Shown here piece by piece: positions 27,130 through 36,516 of a stretch of DNA of 64,000 nt. The translations under genes were made by a program, and so were the position numbers. Numbering within the stretch: position 1 is the first letter of the stretch; every line of letters starts with the position of its first letter. Below the pieces are notes generated by a model. The model saw only the letters and a program-made list of their open reading frames with translations, ran no database searches and was not told the origin of the DNA. The DNA lies in the NCBI GenBank assembly GCA_902794095.1, contig CADBFZ010000006.1, positions 90,092-154,091 on the forward strand, in the 5' to 3' direction. The stretch comes from an uncultured Lachnospiraceae bacterium. GTDB taxonomy: Bacteria > Bacillota > Clostridia > Lachnospirales > Lachnospiraceae.

Positions 27130-28839
27130 TTATTTGTTAATGAAATACCTTCGGTAAGATCCGTCGAAATACGCCTCCCCAATTACTTCCTCACCGTAGT
27201 TTTCAAAAAGCCAGTTCATAAGCCATGAATCTTCAGGTTCTTTGGATTCGCCGTACCAGCAAACGATCTCAACAACATCCGGTTTTTTCTCCGGATGCTC
27301 TTCCCAGTACAGCCCCTGACTTTCATCGATCACGCAAGAAGTTTGCGTATCTTTGACTGCTATCTCAACATCCTTAAACAGATACTCCAGCGAACTTGCA
27401 CCGTCCATCATTCCGCAATTTCCCGATATCAAAACGGTACTTCCTTCGGGAATGATCTCCTGCCATTCTTCATAAGTTCTGTCCAGAATGTAAGGTCCCA
27501 TATACTCAGAGAAAATCCCGATCATAGGTCCCATCTTCGATACGCCTGCGATATCTGTGAGATTGATGTAGCAAAAAGACATGGACCTCACGATAAACAG
27601 GTTTATGAAAACAATGGGAATTACCGGGAAAATCCTGATAAATCCTGCCATCTTTTCCGATTCATATTCATACAGATATGAAAAAGAAAGGCATACTCCG
27701 AGTATCATATATCCGAGTGAAGAATGCAACGAAAGATTTGATAAACTCGCAGTTGCGATCATTTGGAAAACGCTTATTATAAGCGCAATCCAAAGCACAT
27801 CCTTCTTCTCATCCTTACGGCCTTCGGCCAAAAGAAAACCGGCAATCATCAGCCCGATCTGGAACTCCAGAAAACAAAATTCCGTGTACATTGTAAGTGC
27901 ATCAGAAACCTGCCATATTCCGCAGAGGATCAGGAATACAAAAAGCATCTCTTCACGTGCTATCTTCTTATCGGACTTAGTCACTTTGTTTTTGATAAGT
28001 ATGATAAACGCCGAAAATGCAGCTATGAAAAAATAAGCAAATGCAAGTACCGCAAGGTCCTTACCGTATCCGACGAGCTTATCCAAAGCACTTGCAGAAT
28101 GGGAAGGATCGGAAGTTGCGATATGTGCGATTCCGTTTAAGAAAACATCAAATCCCAGCGTCAGTGCAAAATAGGACATGTAGATAATTCCAAGTGCAAG
28201 GCATATAAGTGTCAGGATAATCGAATTCTTAAATCCCTTATCAGTGTATTTAAAAAGTATGATCACAGCAGCGATCCATATGATCAAACAGGAAGGATAT
28301 GAAAGCACTGCAAGGAAAAGTGATACCGATGAAAGCGCAAGGAATCCTATTTTCTTCTCCTTGATAAACAGTATCATGAAGCTGAAAAAGAGTACGCCAG
28401 CCCAGACCTGCATATTTGAATATTCAGGGATAATAAGGAGTTTGGGCGAAAGAATCATGAAGATACATGATGTAATAAATGCAGTATTTGCATTAAACAC
28501 CTTCTTCAACGCTTTGTTAAAAGTAAGCGCCACTCCTGCCTTTATGATGCATCCGCAAACACCTAGATAAAGGATTATACCGGTTGTTGTTCCGGCAATC
28601 TTAAGATAGATGAATTCAAGAATCGCACATAAAAATGCGGAAGTCTGATGGGGCTCCCACATCTCGTAAAACATGCGGTCACCCTTTAAGATTCTGTATC
28701 CGATAGCCGCAGCATATCCGGAATCATAATCAAAATCAGCAAATATTCTTTTAATACAGACCCCTAAGGTAAAAACAAACAAACATATCTTAAATATGTT
28801 TGTTTTGACTTTAATTCCTTTGGATAAGGTTTCACCCAT
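27130..28839 (-). CDS. large polytopic membrane protein with a C-terminal soluble domain (GT-C-like/YfhO-like architecture), function unknown
   Basis: About 12 hydrophobic helices followed by a ~150-aa hydrophilic C-terminal domain; acidic first loop (ADFDYDSGY). No firm family call. Confidence 0.45.
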   Translation of the reverse strand: MGETLSKGIKVKTNIFKICLFVFTLGVCIKRIFADFDYDSGYAAAIGYRILKGDRMFYEMWEPHQTSAFLCAILEFIYLKIAGTTTGIILYLGVCGCIIKAGVALTFNKALKKVFNANTAFITSCIFMILSPKLLIIPEYSNMQVWAGVLFFSFMILFIKEKKIGFLALSSVSLFLAVLSYPSCLIIWIAAVIILFKYTDKGFKNSIILTLICLALGIIYMSYFALTLGFDVFLNGIAHIATSDPSHSASALDKLVGYGKDLAVLAFAYFFIAAFSAFIILIKNKVTKSDKKIAREEMLFVFLILCGIWQVSDALTMYTEFCFLEFQIGLMIAGFLLAEGRKDEKKDVLWIALIISVFQMIATASLSNLSLHSSLGYMILGVCLSFSYLYEYESEKMAGFIRIFPVIPIVFINLFIVRSMSFCYINLTDIAGVSKMGPMIGIFSEYMGPYILDRTYEEWQEIIPEGSTVLISGNCGMMDGASSLEYLFKDVEIAVKDTQTSCVIDESQGLYWEEHPEKKPDVVEIVCWYGESKEPEDSWLMNWLFENYGEEVIGEAYFDGSYRRYFINK

Positions 28840-28846
28840 ACGGATC

Positions 28847-29731
28847 CTAATATTTCTTTCTGCTGCTTAATTCGTTATATATCATGCAGTAGTTCTCGTA
28901 TCTGACCTTGGAGATCTTACCCTCTTCCACCGCGGTCTTGATACCGCAATCGGGTTCGGAGATATGGGAACAGCCTGCGAAACGACAATTCTTTTCATGT
29001 GATACATATTCAGGGTAGTACTTCCAGAGGTCTTCTTTTTCAATGCCTCTGTTTTCAAAACTGGTAAATCCCGGTGTATCGCATATGTAGGTATCCTCAC
29101 CGATAATGAACAGTTCCGAATGTCTCGTAGTGTTCTTACCTCTGCTAATCTTGGCTGAAAGCTCACCTGTCTGAGAGATTTCTTTTCCGAAGAGGCGGTT
29201 TATGGTAGATGACTTGCCTGCGCCGCTGGGACCTGCAAGGGCTGCGGTTTTTCCTTTTAATGAATCAAATAATTCATCAAAGCCTTCCCCTGTCAGTGCA
29301 CTGATAAGTCTTGCATCATATCCCGCATTTTTATAAACGGAAATGTATCTCTCACCATCTGAATCAGCATCTATATCCTCTTTGTTAAAAGCAATGATAC
29401 AGGGCAGTTTTTCAAGTTCGAGATTAATGAGGAACCTATCAAGAAGATTAAGAGAAGGGTCAGGATTTTTCACCGCAAATACAATCAGAATAAGGTCAAC
29501 ATTTGCGACCTCGGGTCTGAACAAAGAATTACGTCTGGGAAGTATTTCGGAAACGTTGCCTGTCTTCGCATTTTCATCGATTATATCGATTACGCAATCA
29601 TCCCCAACAAGCGGCTTGAGGCCTTCCTTTCGGAAAGCCCCTTTCGCTCTGCATTCATAAATATCCGCACCGGATGCTACATAATAGAAGCCTCCGACGC
29701 CTCTGATTATCTTACCTTTCAGAGAATCCAT
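28847..29731 (-). CDS. rsgA: ribosome small-subunit-dependent GTPase A
   Basis: G-motifs in circularly permuted order (NKEDI ... AGPSGAGKSST) and a C-terminal zinc finger CRFAGCSHISEPDC; 294 aa. Confidence 0.85.
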   Translation of the reverse strand: MDSLKGKIIRGVGGFYYVASGADIYECRAKGAFRKEGLKPLVGDDCVIDIIDENAKTGNVSEILPRRNSLFRPEVANVDLILIVFAVKNPDPSLNLLDRFLINLELEKLPCIIAFNKEDIDADSDGERYISVYKNAGYDARLISALTGEGFDELFDSLKGKTAALAGPSGAGKSSTINRLFGKEISQTGELSAKISRGKNTTRHSELFIIGEDTYICDTPGFTSFENRGIEKEDLWKYYPEYVSHEKNCRFAGCSHISEPDCGIKTAVEEGKISKVRYENYCMIYNELSSRKKY

Positions 29732-31878
29732 TAAGTATCTTCCTGTGTAAAAATAATTTCTCTGGTGAAGGATTTCTCAACGGTACTGTGTACTGTTTCA
29801 CCGTTCTCATTGGTTGTCTCTGTGTTGGCGGTATACGTAATGGTAAGTACACCTGAGGGACATCCGATGCCATAGAAATTAGATATATAGGGGAACTCTT
29901 TAGTAGTCTGGTCCAAAAGTACTTTGCCGTCGGAACCTACCAGTCTGAGTCTTACTTCGGTACCGGGGATATAATCGGGAGCCTCGGATGCGGTAGGTGC
30001 GGTAATGTTCAGGTTACATCTGTAGGTATGCTTCTCGGAACCTGTACTTACTTCGAAGTCGATAAGAGTTCCTTCACTTACGAAAGTGCCCTCCGCTACA
30101 GACTGTGAACAAACGGTTCCCTCGGGATAAGCATCCGAAGGTACATATGTGATGTGTCCAATGCTGAGATCATTCTCGATACAGGTAACCGTTGCATCGG
30201 CTTCTTCAAGTCCTACAATCTGCGGTACCTTGACCTTAACATCGGTAGCGCCGACGCTTACGGTGATGGTAACCGATACTCCCTTTGCAGCCATGACGCC
30301 GGGATCGGGAGTCTGGGAAATTACATATCCCTGAGGAACTTCATCGGAGCTTGCTTCCTCGGTATTAACGGTAAATCCCGCAAGTTCAAGAGTGAGCTTA
30401 GCTTCGCTGATGGGCTTTCCTACAACGGAAGGCATCTCAACGGAATCGGTTCCTGAGCTTACTAAGAGATTAACGTTTGATCCTGAGAGAATCTTGGTTC
30501 CGGGCTCTACATCGCAGCTGATTACGGTTCCTGATGCGATGGTGTCTGATTCCTGGAAATCAACAAGTACGTTTAATCCAAGTGCCACAAGTGCTGTTCT
30601 TGCACTTTCAAAATCGGTTCCTACTACGGAAGGCATCTCAACCTCTACGGGCTGAGTATTGGTATTTTGTGTAGTGTCATTAACGACTACGGAGCTTCCA
30701 CTTTCGGGCTGTTCGCTTGACTGAAGCTTGTTTCCGATTATCTTAACCGCAAGGAAGATAATGATAAGTACGATTATGATTCCTGCGAAAATAGAAAGAA
30801 CCGTAGTGATCTTCTCCATCTTCGAAGGCCCGTCGTAATCGTGGTGACGTCCTCTTCTGGGATATCCGTCATCCTCATCCAGATCTTCGTCATCGTAGTA
30901 TTCGGTCTCCGCGAGTCTCATAGTGTTTTCTTTATGATCATCCTCGGGATAATAATCGTCATAGTCGGAAGTATGGCTTCTGATCTCTTCCATCTCCTCA
31001 TCGGTGACGCTTCTGGTGCCTGCTTCCTCAATTCCGCTTCTTACAACGAAGTCCGCATCGGGAGTCATAAGGCACTGCTTTAAGTCATCGACAAGTTCCT
31101 GCATATTCTGATAGCGTCTGTCGGGAGACTTCTCGCAGCACTTAAGGATAATATCCTCAAGAGAATAAGGAATCTCGGGAACAAACTCTCTGGGAGAAGG
31201 CATCTCCTCCTGGATATGCTTTATTGCAATTGCTACCGTGGTCTCTCCGTTAAAAGGAACCCTTCCGGTAAGCATTTCGAACATAGTAATACCGAGTGAA
31301 TAGATATCACTCTTTTCATCCGAATATCCGCCTCTTGCCTGCTCAGGTGAGGTGTAGTGAACGGAACCCATAACATTGGAAGTAATGGTATTGCTGGTTG
31401 CAGCCTTTGCGATACCGAAGTCCGTTACCTTAACCTTGCCTGCAAGGGAAATGATAATGTTCTGAGGCTTGATGTCTCTGTGAATGATGTGCTTCTCATG
31501 AGCCGCCTCAATACCCATTCCTACCTGGATGGCGATACTTACAGCCTCTTCATAGGAAAGGCGAGCTTTCTTCTCGATATACTTCTTGAGAGTGATACCC
31601 TCAACAAGCTCCATTACTATATAGTAGATGCCCTGCTCTTCGCCTACGTCATAGACATTTACTACATTGGGATGCATGAGTCCTGCAGCAGCCTGCGCCT
31701 CAACACGGAATTTGGATACGAAGTTCTCGTTCTCAGAAAATTCCTGCTTGAGTACTTTAACCGCAACATTTCTGGAAAGCTTATTATCAACGGCTTTATA
31801 AACATCCGCCATTCCGCCGGTACCTATTTTCTCAAGGATCTCATAGCGGTCTGCAATTGTCATACCGATCTTTATCAT
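29731..31878 (-). CDS. prkC: Ser/Thr protein kinase with three extracellular PASTA domains
   Basis: Hanks kinase motifs (GTGGMADVYKA, HRDIKPQN, DFGIA, SPEQ), a TM helix, and three PASTA-like repeats (EMPSVVG...). Confidence 0.9.
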   Translation of the reverse strand: MIKIGMTIADRYEILEKIGTGGMADVYKAVDNKLSRNVAVKVLKQEFSENENFVSKFRVEAQAAAGLMHPNVVNVYDVGEEQGIYYIVMELVEGITLKKYIEKKARLSYEEAVSIAIQVGMGIEAAHEKHIIHRDIKPQNIIISLAGKVKVTDFGIAKAATSNTITSNVMGSVHYTSPEQARGGYSDEKSDIYSLGITMFEMLTGRVPFNGETTVAIAIKHIQEEMPSPREFVPEIPYSLEDIILKCCEKSPDRRYQNMQELVDDLKQCLMTPDADFVVRSGIEEAGTRSVTDEEMEEIRSHTSDYDDYYPEDDHKENTMRLAETEYYDDEDLDEDDGYPRRGRHHDYDGPSKMEKITTVLSIFAGIIIVLIIIFLAVKIIGNKLQSSEQPESGSSVVVNDTTQNTNTQPVEVEMPSVVGTDFESARTALVALGLNVLVDFQESDTIASGTVISCDVEPGTKILSGSNVNLLVSSGTDSVEMPSVVGKPISEAKLTLELAGFTVNTEEASSDEVPQGYVISQTPDPGVMAAKGVSVTITVSVGATDVKVKVPQIVGLEEADATVTCIENDLSIGHITYVPSDAYPEGTVCSQSVAEGTFVSEGTLIDFEVSTGSEKHTYRCNLNITAPTASEAPDYIPGTEVRLRLVGSDGKVLLDQTTKEFPYISNFYGIGCPSGVLTITYTANTETTNENGETVHSTVEKSFTREIIFTQEDT

Positions 31879-32657
31879 TAAAGGTCTTCCTCATATTTTA
31901 TGAGTACAACGGAGATATTATCGAGTCCGCCGTTCTCGTTAGCTTCGTTAATAAGTTTATCAGCTGCCGTAGCCACATCACTTGATCCCGTGACTATCTG
32001 CTTGATCCTCTCGTCGGTCACCATGTTTGTAAGACCGTCGGTGCAAAGGAGAACGGTGTCTCCCGGCTCAAGTATGCAGGAAAAGATATCCGCATCCACA
32101 TCGGGCTTTATTCCCACGGCCCTGGTGATAACGTTCTTGTCGGGATGGGACCTTGCTTTTTCCCTCGTAAGGCCGCCCCTTCGGATCATCTCTTCAACCA
32201 ATGAATGATCCACCGTTATCTGTTTAATGCTTCGCGGCGATATTACGTACATCCTGCTGTCGCCTACGTTTACCACCTGAACCACATTGTCGATGAATGT
32301 ACAGGCTACGATGGTGGTTCCCATGCCCTCTCTGGAGATATCCTCCAGGGACCTGGCAAATACCGCACTGTTTGCGGCACGCACCGCCTTCTTAATAGAT
32401 ACGGCAGGATTCTTCTCGGAAGAAGTCCGGATGCAGTCGAGCATGGTGTTTACCGCAACACGGGAAGCAAGTTCACCTGCAGCATGTCCGCCCATTCCGT
32501 CGGCTACAATGAATATATTCAGAAGATCTCCCATGGGAGCGTCCGAAGTATAGACAAAATCCTGATTCGATTTTCTCATTAGACCCATGTCGGTCTTAGA
32601 AAAAACTTTCAGCACCTTTTTTTCTTCCTTAAAAAGCTTATGGGCAAATTTGCCCAT
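31878..32657 (-). CDS. prpC: PP2C-family Ser/Thr phosphatase
   Basis: RKSNQDFVY, IVADGMGGHAAGELAS, DGLTNMV; 259 aa. The stop overlaps the prkC start. Confidence 0.85.
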   Translation of the reverse strand: MGKFAHKLFKEEKKVLKVFSKTDMGLMRKSNQDFVYTSDAPMGDLLNIFIVADGMGGHAAGELASRVAVNTMLDCIRTSSEKNPAVSIKKAVRAANSAVFARSLEDISREGMGTTIVACTFIDNVVQVVNVGDSRMYVISPRSIKQITVDHSLVEEMIRRGGLTREKARSHPDKNVITRAVGIKPDVDADIFSCILEPGDTVLLCTDGLTNMVTDERIKQIVTGSSDVATAADKLINEANENGGLDNISVVLIKYEEDL

Positions 32658-32712
32658 AGCGGGATGATTTTATCATTATTCGGATTATAAATCAATCAGA
32701 CGAAAATGAGCG

Positions 32713-33741
32713 TTATCCGTCCATCCTTCTTTTACGAAGCTGACCGCAGGCACCGTCAATATCACGTCCCATTTCACGTCTTACGGTGGCGGTTACCCCT
32801 CTGTCCTCCAGAGCCTTCTTAAATGCATTGGTCTCCTTACCCGAAGTGGGTCTGTATCCTGTCTCGGTTACAGGATTTACGGGGATCAGGTTAACATGGG
32901 CCGAAACCCTCTTAGCCAGCCCTGCAATCTCATCGGCATCCTGAGGAGTGTCATTTACCCCTGCGATCAGAGCATACTCAAATGTAAGTCGTCTTCCCGT
33001 CTCCTTAAAAAAGTACGAGCAGGCGTCCATAAGTTCATTAATGGAATACCTCTTGGCAATGGGCATAAGACGCTGTCTCTTCTCATCGGTTCCTGCATGA
33101 AGTGAAATAGCAAGTGTTACCGAAAGGTGAAGATCCGCAAATTTCTTAATCTCCGGAACAAGTCCGCAGGTTGAAACAGTAAGATTTCTCTGGGAGATAT
33201 TCAGTCCATTTTCGTCCGAGATCATGGTGAGAAATTTTACAACATTGTCGAAATTATCCATGGGCTCTCCCATTCCCATTACGACAACATTGGATACTCT
33301 CTCATTAATATCGTCAGTTATCTTATAAATCTGATCAAGGATTTCGGAGGGTTCAAGGCTTCTGATACAGCCCCCGATTGTGGAAGCACAGAATGTGCAA
33401 CCCATCTTGCAGCCCACCTGTGAAGAGACGCAGACGGAGTTGCCGTGATGGTATCTCATAAGAACACTTTCGACTGTATTTCCATCCGGAAGCTCGAAAA
33501 GGTACTTTCTGGTTCCGTCGTCTTTGGAGACCTGAACCTCCAACTTCTTAAGAGAAGTGATGTAATACTCTCCCGCAAGCTTTTCTCTGAGAGCTTTCGA
33601 AAGATCGCTCATCTCATCAAAAGAGCTCACGAATCTCACGTGAAGCCATTTATAAATCTGCCCCGCCCTGAAAGGTTTTTCACCCAGGCGAGACAGTTCT
33701 TCTTTTAATTCAGTTAAGGTAAGTGATTTGATATCTTTCAT
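32713..33741 (-). CDS. rlmN: 23S rRNA/tRNA (adenine-C2)-methyltransferase, radical SAM
   Basis: CVSSQVGCKMGCTFCAS, MGMGEP, and C-terminal catalytic Cys (GIDGACGQL). Confidence 0.9.
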   Translation of the reverse strand: MKDIKSLTLTELKEELSRLGEKPFRAGQIYKWLHVRFVSSFDEMSDLSKALREKLAGEYYITSLKKLEVQVSKDDGTRKYLFELPDGNTVESVLMRYHHGNSVCVSSQVGCKMGCTFCASTIGGCIRSLEPSEILDQIYKITDDINERVSNVVVMGMGEPMDNFDNVVKFLTMISDENGLNISQRNLTVSTCGLVPEIKKFADLHLSVTLAISLHAGTDEKRQRLMPIAKRYSINELMDACSYFFKETGRRLTFEYALIAGVNDTPQDADEIAGLAKRVSAHVNLIPVNPVTETGYRPTSGKETNAFKKALEDRGVTATVRREMGRDIDGACGQLRKRRMDG

Positions 33742-35066
33742 TTCTTCTTAAGGATACAATAGAAAAATCCGTCCTGTTCTGCCTCATCGGGAAGAAGTGT
33801 TACGGGACCTTTTACTATTTCAAAGCCATGTTTCTCAGTTATGTATAACACACGTTCTTCATTCTCCGCATGTCTTAAAGTACAGGTGGAGTACAAAAGC
33901 TTTCCACCCTTTTTGACATAGGGAACACATGAATCGATTATCTTCTTCTGGAGTTCTTCCAGAGATGCCAAACCTTCTTCGGTAAGATTATATTTGATAT
34001 CTCTTTTCTTACCCATGATACCGAGGCCACTGCAAGGTACATCCAGAATTACGGTATCATATGCTTCGTTAAATGAAGAATCGTTTATGGAAGCATCTTT
34101 TACAATAACGTTTGTATTTTTACAGCCCAGTCTTTCGAAGTTATCTCTGATAAGGTCTGCTTTGTCTTCAGAAACATCACATGAAGTTACGGATCCTTCA
34201 TCTCCGGTAAACTCGGAAGCAAGGATTGATTTTCCTCCCGGGGCAGCACAGCAATCCAGGATCTTCTCACCCTTTTGGATATCCAATGAAATAACAGCTT
34301 TTATTGAACTGACATCCTGAATATAGAAAAGTCCCTCATCATATCCGGGAAGTTTTCTGACGTCACCGGTATGGGATGCTCTGTAAACAAATCTCACATC
34401 GGCATCCTGCTTTAGGATTACACCTGATTCTTCCATGGATTTAATAACTTTTGTTATCTCTCCATCCGACATGTAGGATCTGAACCTGATGGATACCGGT
34501 TTGGTTTCGGACATGGCGGATAAAATACTCTCCGTTCTCTCACCATAGTCCTTCATAATGATTGATATGATAACCTCGGGTATCGAATAACGTATGCTCA
34601 GATATCGCTTGATATCCGTTTCGTTTTTCTTGGGTAAAAGAACATTTGTTATGTCTTTGTTCTCTTTTGCCAGAGGCTCGATCTCTCTTGCGAGATTCCT
34701 CAGGACTCCGTTGACGAAACCGCCCAGACCTTTGAAGCCTCTCTTGCCTGCCAGGTTAACGGACTCCTTGCAAATGGCATAGGAAGGAGCATCGGTATAG
34801 AGCATCTGATAAACCCCCATTCTCAGAATATTTCTGATGACAGGTTTCATCTTGCGGGTCTTCACCGAGGACCTTTTATCCAAAATAAAGTCCAGCGTTA
34901 TGCGGCGCTCGGTGACTCCTTCAAAGAGGAGCTTGATGAACGCTTTATCGCGCTGGTCCAGATAGTCGTATTTATTTAGTATGTCGGTAATGATGCCGGA
35001 TGATGCTCTGCCTAAGCTTTCTGCTTCAAGCAGAGCATCAAGGGCAATACCTCTTATATTTTCCAT
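33738..35066 (-). CDS. rsmB: 16S rRNA (cytosine967-C5)-methyltransferase (NusB-like N-terminal domain plus Fmu/Sun methyltransferase)
   Basis: ILDCCAAPGGKS (SAM motif I), DVPCSGLG, and catalytic TC; 442 aa. Confidence 0.85.
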   Translation of the reverse strand: MENIRGIALDALLEAESLGRASSGIITDILNKYDYLDQRDKAFIKLLFEGVTERRITLDFILDKRSSVKTRKMKPVIRNILRMGVYQMLYTDAPSYAICKESVNLAGKRGFKGLGGFVNGVLRNLAREIEPLAKENKDITNVLLPKKNETDIKRYLSIRYSIPEVIISIIMKDYGERTESILSAMSETKPVSIRFRSYMSDGEITKVIKSMEESGVILKQDADVRFVYRASHTGDVRKLPGYDEGLFYIQDVSSIKAVISLDIQKGEKILDCCAAPGGKSILASEFTGDEGSVTSCDVSEDKADLIRDNFERLGCKNTNVIVKDASINDSSFNEAYDTVILDVPCSGLGIMGKKRDIKYNLTEEGLASLEELQKKIIDSCVPYVKKGGKLLYSTCTLRHAENEERVLYITEKHGFEIVKGPVTLLPDEAEQDGFFYCILKKK

Positions 35067-35067
35067 A

Positions 35068-35991
35068 TCAGCCTAACTTGGTTCCGATTTCAATCTTATT
35101 GCCGAGAAGGAAGGATGCGGTATCCATCTTCTTCTTTCCCTCGGGTTGAAGGCTTGTGATCTTAAGTGTACCTTCTCCGCAGGATACGGTGAAGGACTTT
35201 TTATCTACCGCGATAACTTCACCGGGATTACCCTTAGCCTCAGCAGGTTCGGCTCCCCAGATCTTGAGAACTTTACCGTCGAGGCGGGTGAAAGCTCCGG
35301 GCCATGGATTGAATGCTCTTACCTGGGCATAGAGCTGAGTTGATGTCTTCTTCCAGTCTATCTTGCCGTCTTCTTTTTTAATAAGAGGGGCATAGTTACT
35401 CAAAGAATCATCTTGAATAACAGGAGTTATGCTGCCTGACTCGATAAGGGGAAGTGCTTCGATGAGGGTCTTTCCGCCCAGTTCCATGAGTCTGTCGTGA
35501 AGGGTTTCAAAGGTCTCATCGGGAGCAAGCTCAAGGCTCTTCTTATAAAGAATATCTCCGGTATCCAGTCCCTCATTCATCTGCATGATGGTGATGCCGG
35601 TTTCTTTTTCCCCGTCGAGGATAACTCTCTGGATTGGGGATGCGCCTCTGTACTTGGGCAAAAGAGATGCATGAACGTTGATACAGCCGAGACGGGGCTG
35701 ATCAAGGATCTCTTTTGAAAGGATCTGTCCGAAAGCTGCGATGACATAGATATCCGCAGGGTATTCAAGGAGCTTTGCAGTCTCCTCGGGATTCTTTATC
35801 CTTACGGGCTGAAGAACGGGAATTCCTGCTGCAACGGCAACTTCCTTAACAGGTGAGAAAACCGGCTGTCCGCTGCGCCCTTTGGGTCTGTCGGGCTGAG
35901 TGACAACAGCTGTTATTTCATAACCTGCATCTATAAGACTCTTAAGGCTGCCGGCTGCAAAATCCGGAGTACCCATAAAAAGTATCTTCAT
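35068..35991 (-). CDS. fmt: methionyl-tRNA formyltransferase
   Basis: MKILFMGTPDFA, INVHASLLPKYRGASPIQ, and a C-terminal Fmt domain; 307 aa. Confidence 0.9.
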   Translation of the reverse strand: MKILFMGTPDFAAGSLKSLIDAGYEITAVVTQPDRPKGRSGQPVFSPVKEVAVAAGIPVLQPVRIKNPEETAKLLEYPADIYVIAAFGQILSKEILDQPRLGCINVHASLLPKYRGASPIQRVILDGEKETGITIMQMNEGLDTGDILYKKSLELAPDETFETLHDRLMELGGKTLIEALPLIESGSITPVIQDDSLSNYAPLIKKEDGKIDWKKTSTQLYAQVRAFNPWPGAFTRLDGKVLKIWGAEPAEAKGNPGEVIAVDKKSFTVSCGEGTLKITSLQPEGKKKMDTASFLLGNKIEIGTKLG

Positions 35992-35994
35992 GAA

Positions 35995-36501
35995 TTATTC
36001 TTCCTCTTCTCCCTCATCACCGATCTCTTCGTCTACGAGTGCTTCGTTATCAAGAAGCTCACCCTCGAGCTTTTCGGTGTAGAGATGTCCCTCGAGATGG
36101 TCGTACTCGTGGCAGATTGCTCTTGCAAGAAGGCCCTCAGCCTCGATTTCAAAGGGTTTCATATCGATATCAAAAGCCTTAGCCTTAACCTTCTCTGGTC
36201 TGGTAACAGTTCCGGTCTTTCCGGGAAGAGAGAGGCATCCTTCGTATCCGGTCTGGGATCCGGAAGCCTCGGTAATCTCGGGATTGATGAAAACAAGGGG
36301 ATCTTCACCGGTGGTATCGATTACGAAGATTCTCTTAAGTACTCCTACCTGGGGAGCTGCAAGTCCGACACCGTTAGCTTCGTACATGGTTTCGAACATA
36401 TCGCTGATAAGTTCCTTGTTGCGGTCTGTCATCTCCTTGACGGGAAGGCAAACCTTGTTGAGAACGGGGTCTCCGAACTCTCTGATGTTTCTGAGTGCCA
36501 T
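35995..36501 (-). CDS. def: peptide deformylase
   Basis: GVGLAAPQVG, EGCLSLPG, HEYDHLEG; acidic C-terminal tail. Confidence 0.9.
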   Translation of the reverse strand: MALRNIREFGDPVLNKVCLPVKEMTDRNKELISDMFETMYEANGVGLAAPQVGVLKRIFVIDTTGEDPLVFINPEITEASGSQTGYEGCLSLPGKTGTVTRPEKVKAKAFDIDMKPFEIEAEGLLARAICHEYDHLEGHLYTEKLEGELLDNEALVDEEIGDEGEEEE

Positions 36502-36516
36502 GATATTTCCTTCTTT